64,000 nucleotides of DNA from an uncultured Bacteroidaceae bacterium (GTDB lineage Bacteria > Bacteroidota > Bacteroidia > Bacteroidales > GCA-2748055). This document shows positions 11,001 through 19,735 of the stretch, one piece after another. The stretch is taken from contig CAZIIU010000008.1 in the NCBI GenBank assembly GCA_964539395.1, forward strand, positions 2,455 through 66,454. Reading direction: 5' to 3'. The translations under genes and the position numbers were made by a program. Below the pieces are notes generated by a model, which did not search any database, had not been told where the DNA came from, and saw nothing but the letters and a program-made list of their open reading frames with translations. The first letter of the stretch is position 1; each line of letters begins with the position of its first letter.

Positions 11001-12297
11001 ATACAGAAAGGTCAAATCCTGTCAGAAGCTGGTAGTAGCTTAGATTAAAGACACCGTCAGCTCCCTTTAGGTAGGAGGGTACAAAAATAACTTTTACCTT
11101 ATCTTCCGGAAGATTCTGAAGGCCGTTCAGCTTAAGACGCTGAAGCACCTGATCTTGCTCAGCATAGTGCAAATTGTGTGTAAGGTGTCTTTCGCCCCCT
11201 GAAATCCCGGAATTGTTTGCAATTGCTTCCAGCAAGTCTTTTCGTGGACCAAAATGGTTGGCGGGAACAATAACATAAGCAACGACCGGACGATCCATCT
11301 CTTTGTTGCGATTAATTTTGCCCAGGGCATCCAGGATTAAATCGACTCCTTTATTCCTGAATTCATATCTGCCACCAGTGAGAACCAGAAATGAATTCTC
11401 AGAAAGTTTTTCACCGCTGATCAAAGAAGCAACATGCAGTAACTTCTCTCTTGCAGCAGTCCTGTCGGAATCCAGTTTCTCTGCAATTTCAAGAAAGGTC
11501 TCATTAAAACCGTTTGGTGCGATCAGGTCCACCGGTTTCTCAAGGAATTGCAGGCATTCCCGCGCAGTAATATCACTTACAGTTGTAAACACATCTGCCT
11601 GGTTGGCTGAAATCTTCTCAACAGATTGCTTGGCCACAATCCCATACTCTGATGCTTTCACATCGCCATTAAATTTAAGAAGATCATTGTACAACGGCTG
11701 GTTGTTCTCAGCAAGTGCCCGCCCGACTACGGTAGCATGTGATGTAAATACCAGGCCGATCTGGGGCTGGAACTCCTTGAGATACAAGAGTCCTGCACCT
11801 GTCATCCACTCATGAAAATGTGAAACTACCTTTCTGTTTTTCAGACCATAAAAACCGATAAAACTTTCGATGATCTTTCCGGTGGCATATCCAAACAGCA
11901 TCGGCTCTATATAATCCCACTTACCGGTTAGGGAGTCAAGGTGATAAACTTCCCAAAATTTTTTAAAAATTTCATTTTTATTGTTAAAGAAGGTAGTAAA
12001 ATCGACAAGCACAGCTTTTGGCTCCCCCTCGATCTTCCATCGGCCGGTCCTGACAATCAGCCCTCCTTCCGCAGCATGGCTTTTCCACTCATCAAACAAA
12101 TCCGGATCTTCGTTGAATTCAGGATGCTCACCACTTTCTCTCCATACATCCGGACCAATTACAATATAATTCTCCTTCAACTTTTCCAGGACTTTTGATG
12201 CCTTTGTCGACAGGACTGTATGGATCCCTCCCATTTTATTACAAACCTCCCAGCTTACCTCAAAGAGGTAGTCGGGAGTAATTATTTCCTTACCCAT
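8038..12297 (-). CDS. Fusion protein: GT3 (eukaryote-type) glycogen synthase + GT35 alpha-glucan phosphorylase
   Basis: Residues 1-545 carry FEVSWEVCNKMGGIHTVL, HFHEWMTGAG, GRYEFRNKGVDL and FPSYYDPWGYTPMES, which match GT3. Residues 570-1419 carry LWWSWN, GGLGLLAGDYLKEASD, TTHTPVPAGHD, FARRFATYKRA and EASGTSGEKA (the PLP-lysine block), which match GT35. It is a single uninterrupted ORF. Confidence 0.9.
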   Translation of the reverse strand: MGKEIITPDYLFEVSWEVCNKMGGIHTVLSTKASKVLEKLKENYIVIGPDVWRESGEHPEFNEDPDLFDEWKSHAAEGGLIVRTGRWKIEGEPKAVLVDFTTFFNNKNEIFKKFWEVYHLDSLTGKWDYIEPMLFGYATGKIIESFIGFYGLKNRKVVSHFHEWMTGAGLLYLKEFQPQIGLVFTSHATVVGRALAENNQPLYNDLLKFNGDVKASEYGIVAKQSVEKISANQADVFTTVSDITARECLQFLEKPVDLIAPNGFNETFLEIAEKLDSDRTAAREKLLHVASLISGEKLSENSFLVLTGGRYEFRNKGVDLILDALGKINRNKEMDRPVVAYVIVPANHFGPRKDLLEAIANNSGISGGERHLTHNLHYAEQDQVLQRLKLNGLQNLPEDKVKVIFVPSYLKGADGVFNLSYYQLLTGFDLSVFPSYYDPWGYTPMESMALRVPTVTTSLTGFGQWVLNQVKESVNGVRIISRDDNNEVQVTEEIGKIILEYCGMKNSEIEDARQNAREISKLTLWNKLIIHYWEACSLALERSGGFEIEDDYYTKERVEQLPSTSKLLTDVLPVWRRVVVQQQIPERLKFLEKLARNLWWSWNCEAVELFQSMDPEIWNMVEENAAVMLEKIPYERLKALEQNEDFLSRMERVYSLYSAYMNTPKRENEPSVAYFSMEYGLHNSLKVYSGGLGLLAGDYLKEASDYNYDMTAIGLLYRYGYFQQVITAGGTQVAHDDFQDFSQLPVTPVKDIHGNWKTIQVVLPGRAIHLRIWKAQVGRVPLYLLDADFDANKAVDREVTHKLYGGDHENRFKQELLLGIGGVRALRTLGIHPDLYHLNEGHAAFTGFERLREYVQEHNMTYPEAREIVRATSLFTTHTPVPAGHDSFDENMMRTYMSHYPERLTIDWNRLMNLGKVKHDDPYENFSMSVLAVNLSQEVNGVSKLHGQVSREMFAGMWRGYMEDEIHIGHVTNGVHLSTWLSDRWRSLYLEVFGNDFLERQEDRSLWSRIHEVADERIWSIRNQERTELIHYIKQRLTASSLKYIDNPRLTIEIADSLDDKSLTIGFARRFATYKRAQLIFTDLDRLAEIVNNPDRPVQFIFAGKAHPKDIPGQELIKKIVEISKRPEFIGKIIFLQNYNIILAKKLLHGVDIWLNTPTRPLEASGTSGEKAVMNGGLHFSVLDGWWAEGYREDAGWALPLERSFENQDQQNELDAEMIYSLLENDIAPKFYRRNKDGVPSDWVRIIKNSIAGVAPEFTMNRMLRDYIDRFYRKLHERSGKLKQNDYRLTREISYYKKQIIDQWKEIKVLEMDIPEAASGNADLKVGQEFSGTIKLDLNGIAPDNIGVEMVMVGGSEKDLRKKIVEAEELKCKKCKDSIAEYEIIMHARYSGQFDIGFRIFPKMKELPHRMDLPLIRWI

Positions 12298-12373
12298 AAT
12301 AACTATCTGTTAATTTTTCAAATTAAATGTTAAATGTTATCTGTCACACAGTACTGCTTTGAATGCGTATTTT

Positions 12374-13891
12374 TCACTTCTCCTTTTTTCCTGTTCCCCG
12401 GTTTCCTTCTACAGGTTTTTTGTTAGAAGTGTTTCCAGCTCCTGAATTTGTTTTTGCAGGAGCTTTTTTAATGGGCTTTGATGCACCTACTGATCCCGTT
12501 TTTTTACCTGCCTTTGTTTCAGCACCAGTCCCTGGTTTCACAACTCTCCCGGTAGAGGACTTCTGAACGGTCCTTGCCATCTCCTTCTTTTTCATTTTCA
12601 GGTTCTTTTTTAACCGGTCCAACTCCTTCTCATACTTTTTAATAACATGATTCTTCTCCTCTACAATCTTACTAAGACGGGAAATTTCATCGTCACTATA
12701 TACTGAGACGGCAGCATCAACCCTGATCTTAAAATCACTGAGTACATTCATGTAATTTATAAATGCCTCATAAGGAGTTTTGTACGGATTGAAATAAGAG
12801 TGAATTTCTCCATCCGAGAAGAATTTTGTCGACATATAATAAAAATGATCACTTAGCTGAAGGTACCTGAAGTCCTGCATCAAGCCCTGATCATTGCATT
12901 GGATAACCTTTTCACGCAGATCATATAATTTATTGAAAGCCTCCTTTTGCATATCATTTCCAAGCCATGCAGACAAATCCCTCTCCTCATCTGCCCAGGA
13001 GATCGGATTGGGTACATGTACCGCAGATACAACCTGGAATTTACGGGCAACTTCAGAGGGTGTGCTAAAGGTATAAGTTGAATCCTTGAGCACTACCTTT
13101 GGCAGGGCCTTCAGGAACTCAAAAATTCCGGATTCCTCCCACTGGTGCTCCCCAAAGGTCTCATAATCCATGAACAGGTTAACAGTCTCCTCCTCCTTAG
13201 GGAGCGCATTCAACCAACCGGTAAATTTCTCAGCAGTGAGCGGATAATCCTGCCATCCCTTGTTCGAAAACCTGAATGCAATATCATCGCTCAATTTGAA
13301 GTTTTTCAGCAGCACTTTCAGGCGAGGTTCCAGGGCATTACAGTAAAGATAATTCGGACTTTTCCATCCAAGAACGTGCTTGGCCCCCTCTGTTAGCATT
13401 GCTTTGAACCCAAGTTTATAAACGGTGACACCTATCTCGTCAGAATAGATCAGCTCTGTATTTCTAAAGACCTCTGGGTCCTTCCCGAAAGTCTCCCTGA
13501 TCAGCGTCCTGTGCTCCTCCACCTGCCTCTCGAACTCCTCCCTGTTTCTCATTGAAGCGAGGGAATGACAATATGTTTCCGCCAGCAATTCCACATGCCC
13601 GGTCGCTACCAACTCCTGAAAGCTCTCAAGAACATCTGGAGCATACAACCTGAACTGCTCAATAGCGATTCCTGAAATAGAGAATGCTATTTTAAATTTT
13701 CCTTTATACTTACTGATCAGCTCTTTAATAATCCGATTGGCTGGCAGGTATGATTTTTCTGCCACCTTTCTCAGGATGCTCTCATTGGTGTAATCGTCAT
13801 AGTAATAGTGATCATTCCCTATATCGAAAAAGCGGTACGTCCTGAACCTGAATGGTTGGTGGACCTGGAAATACAAGCAGATTGTTCTCAT
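12374..13891 (-). CDS. GH57-family glycoside hydrolase (alpha-amylase/branching-enzyme-like) with Lys-rich C-terminal tail
   Basis: The N-terminus ICLYFQVHQPFRFR is typical of GH57, and DYETFGEHQWE is a catalytic-region-like block. The last ~78 aa are a Lys/Gly/Ala/Thr-rich low-complexity tail. Confidence 0.82.
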   Translation of the reverse strand: MRTICLYFQVHQPFRFRTYRFFDIGNDHYYYDDYTNESILRKVAEKSYLPANRIIKELISKYKGKFKIAFSISGIAIEQFRLYAPDVLESFQELVATGHVELLAETYCHSLASMRNREEFERQVEEHRTLIRETFGKDPEVFRNTELIYSDEIGVTVYKLGFKAMLTEGAKHVLGWKSPNYLYCNALEPRLKVLLKNFKLSDDIAFRFSNKGWQDYPLTAEKFTGWLNALPKEEETVNLFMDYETFGEHQWEESGIFEFLKALPKVVLKDSTYTFSTPSEVARKFQVVSAVHVPNPISWADEERDLSAWLGNDMQKEAFNKLYDLREKVIQCNDQGLMQDFRYLQLSDHFYYMSTKFFSDGEIHSYFNPYKTPYEAFINYMNVLSDFKIRVDAAVSVYSDDEISRLSKIVEEKNHVIKKYEKELDRLKKNLKMKKKEMARTVQKSSTGRVVKPGTGAETKAGKKTGSVGASKPIKKAPAKTNSGAGNTSNKKPVEGNRGTGKKEK

Positions 13892-13905
13892 TCTATTGTC
13901 TGGAT

Positions 13906-15195
13906 TTATTTTTCAACTACATCCTTGTATATAGTAAACACCTTATTGGCGGAATTCTCCCATTTCATTTTATCCACCTCCTCCCTGCCATATTCTATAA
14001 ATGTTTTAGAAAGGGACGGATAATTCAATAAACCGTATATTGCATCTGCCATCGCATCCACATCCCAAAAATCAGTTTTTATGGCATATTTTAAGATTTC
14101 CGCTACTCCCGACTGATTGGAGATAATGGTCGGAACATTAGATTGCATAGCCTCCAGTGGTGATATGCCAAAGGGCTCGGAGACAGAGGGCATCACATAG
14201 ACATCGCTGATCGAGAACATTCTGAATACGTCATCACCCTTCAGAAATCCGGTAAAGTGAAACCTGTCGACAATACCCAGGGCAGCGGCCCAGTTGATCA
14301 TGCGTTCCAGCAACTCCCCGCTTCCTGCCATCACAAACTTAACATTATCCATTTTCCGCAATACTTTATCAGCAGCCTGAACGAAATACTCAGGTCCCTT
14401 TTGCAATGTGATCCGTCCAAGAAATGTAACAACCTTGTCATCAATTCCTCTCCTGAGAGCAATTTTTTCATGCTCAGCCAGTGGCTCCACTGCATTATAC
14501 ACTGTGGTTACCTTCGATTCATCAATCCTATATTTGTCAATTATCGTATTTCGTGTCAGATTGCTTACTGCAATGATTCTGTCAGCCGCTGCCATTCCCA
14601 TTTTCTCAATCTCAAATACTGCAGGATTTACCTTTCCACCGGACCTGTCAAAATCGGTCGCATGCACGTGGATCACAAGCGGTTTGCCGGAAACACTTTT
14701 TGCCGACATACCGGCAGGATAGCACAACCAATCGTGTGCATGAATAACGTCATGCTCATTTTCACCGGCAATCTGTCCAGCTACCAATGCATAATTGGCA
14801 ATCTCTTCAAACAGGTTCTGACCATATCCTCCACTAAATACCAATTTACCTCCCGGTGTGGTATGAATCAGCTTTTTATTTCCGATTCCGGCCTCATTAA
14901 CCAATGATTCATATTCCTCCGGGGAATGGTAAGGGACCAGGTTTGAATTGACTTCAATATAAGAGATCTTCTTTAAAAGGCTTGAGAATTTCATATACTT
15001 ACTGCTCAGGGAAACATCACCGGCCCCAACAATCCGGAGCTTGCTCTGATCTTCATCACCATATGCCCTTGGAACGACAAAAAGAATGTCGAGGTCGGGA
15101 ATGGTGGAAAGGCCCCGTGTAAGTCCGTAGCTTGCTGTTCCGAGTCCTCCGGAGATATGTGGTGGAAATTCCCACCCAAACATTAATACCTTCAT
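13906..15195 (-). CDS. GT4-family glycosyltransferase (glycogen-cluster associated)
   Basis: KVLMFGWEFPPHISGGLGTA at the N-terminus and the C-terminal EPFGISPLEAM GT-B motif. It lies between the GH57 and debranching genes. Confidence 0.8.
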   Translation of the reverse strand: MKVLMFGWEFPPHISGGLGTASYGLTRGLSTIPDLDILFVVPRAYGDEDQSKLRIVGAGDVSLSSKYMKFSSLLKKISYIEVNSNLVPYHSPEEYESLVNEAGIGNKKLIHTTPGGKLVFSGGYGQNLFEEIANYALVAGQIAGENEHDVIHAHDWLCYPAGMSAKSVSGKPLVIHVHATDFDRSGGKVNPAVFEIEKMGMAAADRIIAVSNLTRNTIIDKYRIDESKVTTVYNAVEPLAEHEKIALRRGIDDKVVTFLGRITLQKGPEYFVQAADKVLRKMDNVKFVMAGSGELLERMINWAAALGIVDRFHFTGFLKGDDVFRMFSISDVYVMPSVSEPFGISPLEAMQSNVPTIISNQSGVAEILKYAIKTDFWDVDAMADAIYGLLNYPSLSKTFIEYGREEVDKMKWENSANKVFTIYKDVVEK

Positions 15196-15223
15196 ACAAT
15201 ACTAATATCGGTCAAGTGTACCT

Positions 15224-17155
15224 TTATTTATAATTATCAATCAACTCTCCGATCCTCAACAGTGAGGCAACACTGCATGCATAGCTAATGGCCCCTTTCG
15301 AATCATGTGGCGGATTCCCGTCATAGCATTCCGATATGGTTCCAATTCCATACTTTGTCATCTCCTCTTCAAAGCCGTTAAAAATCTCCTTTGCCAGAGA
15401 AAGCCCTGACTTTTTGTGCACATCAAGGTAGCCCTGTACAAAATGTTCAAGAAGCCATGGGTGAACAGTTCCCTGGTGTACTGCTCTGTCACGCTGCTTC
15501 TGATTGCCCTCATATATGCCTTTGTAAGCCGGATTTTTGGGAGCAAGTGTCCGAAGTCCTTTTAAGGTCAGGAGTTCACTTTTTACTACATCAAGAAGAC
15601 TCTTCTTCATCCCGGTAGTAAGCGGAGAGAATTTTAACGCAGTTGCAATCACCTGGTTGGGTCTAACAGCATGGTCTTTATGCCCCTTTCGCACACTGTC
15701 TGCGAGGTATCCCATTTCCGGGATCCAGAATGTCTCCACAAATGAAGTCCGGATTTTATCAGGAAGCTCCTTCCACTCCCTGCTGAATTTACTTCTGTTA
15801 CCCGACCATGAAATTACCTGGCAAACAGCATTGTACCAAAGCGCGTTCACCTCAACAGGAAAACCATACCTCGGGGTAACCGGCTGACCCTGCACTGTAG
15901 CATCCATCCATGTGAGCGGAATTCCGTCTTCGCCGCCTGAAATGAGACCGTTATTCTCCATACCTATCTCAAAATGGGTCCCGTTTTTATATGCATCCAT
16001 GATTTGCAATATCTCTGACTTGTACCGCTTCCAAACATCGATCTCCATATAATTCTCAAGCTGCTGAAGTGTCCAGATAAACCATAGCGGGGCATCAATC
16101 GAATTGTAGTAATCGTGCCCTTGCTTTGAACTGTTTGGAAAAAGCCCGTCCCTTAATCTGATTAACATGGAATTGATCACTTCCAGGGCCGATTCATTAT
16201 CACCAATCGAAAGGGTTATACCGGGAAGTGCCATCATTGTATCCCTGCCCCGAACACCTAACCAGGGAAAGCCGGCAAGTATGTCAGTTCTGCCGTGCCT
16301 TCTAACAAGAAACTGCTGTGCGGCATTGACCAGGCAGTTTCGGAAACTGTCCATGGGTGTCCTCATATCCTCTTCCAACTTAAACCTTCTTTTGAGACCA
16401 GAGGGTTTAACCTCCTTTGTGGCGGCTGAGAAGATAATTGATTCTCCCTTTTTTATCGGCACCTCAAAATAGCCTGGTACATACAGATCCTCTTTATACT
16501 CATAGCCCCTTCTCTGCTCCTCCAGGTATTCGATATTATAGTACCAGTCGGGGACCGGAATAAACTCAACATCCTTGGAAAGTTGCATATAAAGATCCGG
16601 GTAACCATCATACATTCTCGACCTGATACCATTTTCTACCTGTGTATATTGCCTGTTCACATATAGATTTGCTTTGCTTAATTTGTGAATATTCCTGAAG
16701 GCAAGAAAAGGGCGCAGCCGGAGCCATGTATCTGAGTGAGCATCCTCAAGTGTAATCCTGAACAGCACCTGTTCCATCTTCTGAACGAGCAACGACTCCC
16801 TTTTCAGAACAACACCTCCGACACGGTAGGTCATTTTTGACCCTTTTTCGGCATCAAAATCACGAATGTACTTATGACCACGTGGCAGATACAGATCACC
16901 TTCATATTTATGTATCCCGAGATTAAACTCCTTATTGTGCTGAATAACCGTCAGGTCAAGTGATGACAACAACACATGGTTCTCTCCGTCGAGGTGTTCC
17001 ACCGGACAGATCAGCAACCCATGATACTTTCTTGTATTGCATCCGGATATCGTTGTGGAGGCAAAAGACCCCGCACGATTGGATTTTAGCGATTCCCGTG
17101 CAAGTGAATACTCCAGATTCACCAGCTCTGCCTTATCAAATTTTAAAAAAGACAT
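15224..17155 (-). CDS. Glycogen debranching enzyme, amylo-alpha-1,6-glucosidase type (GH133)
   Basis: 643 aa. The N-terminal GDE_N-like region has SGCNTRKYHGLL. The C-terminal (alpha/alpha)6-type region has GFPWLGVRGRDTMMAL, TWMDA and ISECYDG. Confidence 0.85.
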   Translation of the reverse strand: MSFLKFDKAELVNLEYSLARESLKSNRAGSFASTTISGCNTRKYHGLLICPVEHLDGENHVLLSSLDLTVIQHNKEFNLGIHKYEGDLYLPRGHKYIRDFDAEKGSKMTYRVGGVVLKRESLLVQKMEQVLFRITLEDAHSDTWLRLRPFLAFRNIHKLSKANLYVNRQYTQVENGIRSRMYDGYPDLYMQLSKDVEFIPVPDWYYNIEYLEEQRRGYEYKEDLYVPGYFEVPIKKGESIIFSAATKEVKPSGLKRRFKLEEDMRTPMDSFRNCLVNAAQQFLVRRHGRTDILAGFPWLGVRGRDTMMALPGITLSIGDNESALEVINSMLIRLRDGLFPNSSKQGHDYYNSIDAPLWFIWTLQQLENYMEIDVWKRYKSEILQIMDAYKNGTHFEIGMENNGLISGGEDGIPLTWMDATVQGQPVTPRYGFPVEVNALWYNAVCQVISWSGNRSKFSREWKELPDKIRTSFVETFWIPEMGYLADSVRKGHKDHAVRPNQVIATALKFSPLTTGMKKSLLDVVKSELLTLKGLRTLAPKNPAYKGIYEGNQKQRDRAVHQGTVHPWLLEHFVQGYLDVHKKSGLSLAKEIFNGFEEEMTKYGIGTISECYDGNPPHDSKGAISYACSVASLLRIGELIDNYK

Positions 17156-17347
17156 AAAGACATATTTTATTGTCTCACAAAGATAAAACTAAATACTCAT
17201 TGAAAAGGATTCATTCCATAAGTTACATGATAAAATTTACTTTAACAAATTATTGAATAATACCTTCCCTGAAACCGTCGTTAATTTCAACAAGCATCAA
17301 GGCATTGAAATTAAAATAGTAATTTCGCAGTTTTAAGGAAAAAAAAC

Positions 17348-18526
17348 ATGGTAAACAGAATACTATTATACCTGATAATACTACTGGTTACTGGCTGTTC
17401 AAGAGTTAACCAGGGAAATGATACAGCCGGTAAAAAGGATGAAATCGTTATTTCCGGAGAACTGTTAAATGGTGAAGGGACGCTTGTAACACTTGACCTT
17501 ATGGGAGTACCTGCATTTATTCCCATTGATTCAACCCGCTGTGATAAACAGGGAAAATTCAGTTTTACTTTCAGGGAAGAAGGCATGAATTACTACTCCC
17601 TGAAATACACTGAAAACGGGTATGTAACACTAATTGCTGAACCAGGCGACAGGATCAGGATAAAGGGTGATGCTGAAAACCTCTATCCCTATACAATTGA
17701 AGGTTCCGAAGCATCCGAACTGGTAAAGGAACTAGCAGTGGTTCATAAGAATACCCTTGACCAACTCCATACCATTTCAGAGGAATCGGAAAGAATCGCC
17801 GGTGAAATGAGTTTCAATAAAAGAAAACTGCTGCTGAATGAAAAGTTTGACTCAGTATCACTTCATTTTAATCATTACTCCCGGTCATTCATAAGAAACA
17901 ACCATGATTCACCTGCAATTCTGATTGCTTTGTATAACCAGTTTGGCCCGGGATTGCCGGTATTTGACCCGGCAAAGGACCTGGATGTTTACCAGTTTGT
18001 AGATTCAGCACTTTATAGCAGGTTCCCTGAGAATGATGCGGTAAGATCTCTGCATATACAGCTCTCAGCAGCCTTACAACAACTCAGGGAAAAGCCTGTT
18101 GCCACTCTGAAGCGGGGCGACAGGGCCCCTGACTTTGCCATGAAGACCGCTGCCAGCACAATCCTTACCCTCTCTGAACTGAGAGGGAATTATGTGCTCC
18201 TTCAGGTTTGGGCATCGTGGAGTAAACCCTCAACGGAAGAAAACATCTACCTGGAAAAAGCTTACCAACGCTTTGGAAACCAAAATTTTGTGATCGTACA
18301 GGCTTCCATTGATGACGACAGGGAAAGCTGGGCGGCTGCAATCAGCAACCAGTATTCCGGATGGTTTCATGTCAGTGATCTGAAGCGATGGGAATCTGTG
18401 ATAGTGAAACTTTACAGCGTTGAGAAAATTCCTGCCAATTTCCTGATCGATCAGCATGGTGTGATCGTTGAAACAGATATCTTTGAAGATAATTTGTTAC
18501 ATACACTGGAAAAATACCTCCATTAA
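17348..18526 (+). CDS. TlpA/ResA-like thioredoxin-fold lipoprotein lacking the CxxC cysteines
   Basis: Lipobox LLVTGCS. The C-terminal thioredoxin fold has WASWSKPS (18209-18232) where WASWCxPC is expected. Confidence 0.75.
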   Translation: MVNRILLYLIILLVTGCSRVNQGNDTAGKKDEIVISGELLNGEGTLVTLDLMGVPAFIPIDSTRCDKQGKFSFTFREEGMNYYSLKYTENGYVTLIAEPGDRIRIKGDAENLYPYTIEGSEASELVKELAVVHKNTLDQLHTISEESERIAGEMSFNKRKLLLNEKFDSVSLHFNHYSRSFIRNNHDSPAILIALYNQFGPGLPVFDPAKDLDVYQFVDSALYSRFPENDAVRSLHIQLSAALQQLREKPVATLKRGDRAPDFAMKTAASTILTLSELRGNYVLLQVWASWSKPSTEENIYLEKAYQRFGNQNFVIVQASIDDDRESWAAAISNQYSGWFHVSDLKRWESVIVKLYSVEKIPANFLIDQHGVIVETDIFEDNLLHTLEKYLH

Positions 18527-18556
18527 AAGCAACGATTGATTGAAAATTTATATTCT

Positions 18557-19723
18557 ATGCTAATGAAAAAAGCTGCCTGGGCGATACTTATTGCCATACT
18601 GTTAACTCCCGCTTGCAGGGATAGTGGCAATATCAGAATTCGTGGAACCTATTCAGCCGGATCGGGACAAACCCTGTATATCGAACTATTGAATGCTGTC
18701 GAAACAGTGTTATTGGATTCTGTGAAGGTCAAAAATAACGGAACGTTCCGGTTCAACCTGAGACTCGACAATCCGGAACTGGTCCTCCTGAAAAATGCCA
18801 ATGAAAATTACATCAACCTGCTGGCATTTCCGGGGGATGACATACAGCTGGAGGTCCCTGGAAACTCTTTCAGGAACGGCTACAGTATTGAAGGTTCAGA
18901 AGATTCTAAAAGAATAAAACTGCTTATAGATGCACTGAATATTACCCGGTTTAAAATTGACTCAATCTCAGATGCGCTCGCAGCACTTGAGAATCAGGAA
19001 GGACCGGCGGCTGAAGAATTAATTATAGCCTACCAGCGTATCTTTGAACAACATAAGCGCAACAACATCAGATTTATAGTCGGGAATCTTGGTTCCCTTG
19101 TCAGCGTTTATGCCCTGTATCAACGAATAACCGATGATATATACATCTTTAATGATCCTAAAGACCTGCAATATTTTAAAATTGTTGCCGACTCCGTAAA
19201 AGCAAAGTATCCGGGGTCCACCCTCACTAAGGCACTTTCAGCTGATGTTGAAAGAAGGATGAAAGAATACAACAACCTGCTTGCCCTCTATGAACTTTCC
19301 AAACTCAACATTTCGGAGGCCGGGATGATCGACCTGAACATTGAGAACACAGACGCCGAGAAGGTAAGTCTCAACTCCCTGACAGGTAAGGTAGTCCTGC
19401 TCAATTTCTGGGCATCATGGAACAATGAAAGCATGAATTTCAATCACCGGCTGAAGCCAATCTATGAGCAATACCACGCCAGGGGATTTGAAATTTACTC
19501 CGTGTCACTTGACGGGGACCGGAGTAAATGGAAAAAAACGATCTTTTTTGAGGAGTATCCATGGATCAATGTTTGCGAACTTACCTACCCATACTCCTAT
19601 GCTGCAACGGTCTATAATGTGACATCACTGCCCGGAACTTTTCTGATCGACAGGAAAGGGAATATTGTTGCCAGAAATATTGGAGGAAAGTCACTTGCCA
19701 CCCATCTTGATAATCTTCTGTAA
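18557..19723 (+). CDS. TlpA/ResA-like thioredoxin-fold lipoprotein lacking the CxxC cysteines (paralog)
   Basis: I placed the start at the ATG at 18557 (an alternative is 18563). Lipobox LLTPACR. It has the same architecture as the upstream gene, and the motif reads FWASWNNES (19409-19432). Confidence 0.75.
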   Translation: MLMKKAAWAILIAILLTPACRDSGNIRIRGTYSAGSGQTLYIELLNAVETVLLDSVKVKNNGTFRFNLRLDNPELVLLKNANENYINLLAFPGDDIQLEVPGNSFRNGYSIEGSEDSKRIKLLIDALNITRFKIDSISDALAALENQEGPAAEELIIAYQRIFEQHKRNNIRFIVGNLGSLVSVYALYQRITDDIYIFNDPKDLQYFKIVADSVKAKYPGSTLTKALSADVERRMKEYNNLLALYELSKLNISEAGMIDLNIENTDAEKVSLNSLTGKVVLLNFWASWNNESMNFNHRLKPIYEQYHARGFEIYSVSLDGDRSKWKKTIFFEEYPWINVCELTYPYSYAATVYNVTSLPGTFLIDRKGNIVARNIGGKSLATHLDNLL

Positions 19724-19735
19724 ATAGCAACACGC

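Noticed and set aside
12363-12566. 67-aa plus-strand ORF
   Set aside because: It is the antisense reading of the low-complexity Lys-rich tail of the GH57 gene.
14257-14907. 216-aa plus-strand ORF
   Set aside because: It is antisense to the well-supported GT4 gene and has no recognisable motifs.
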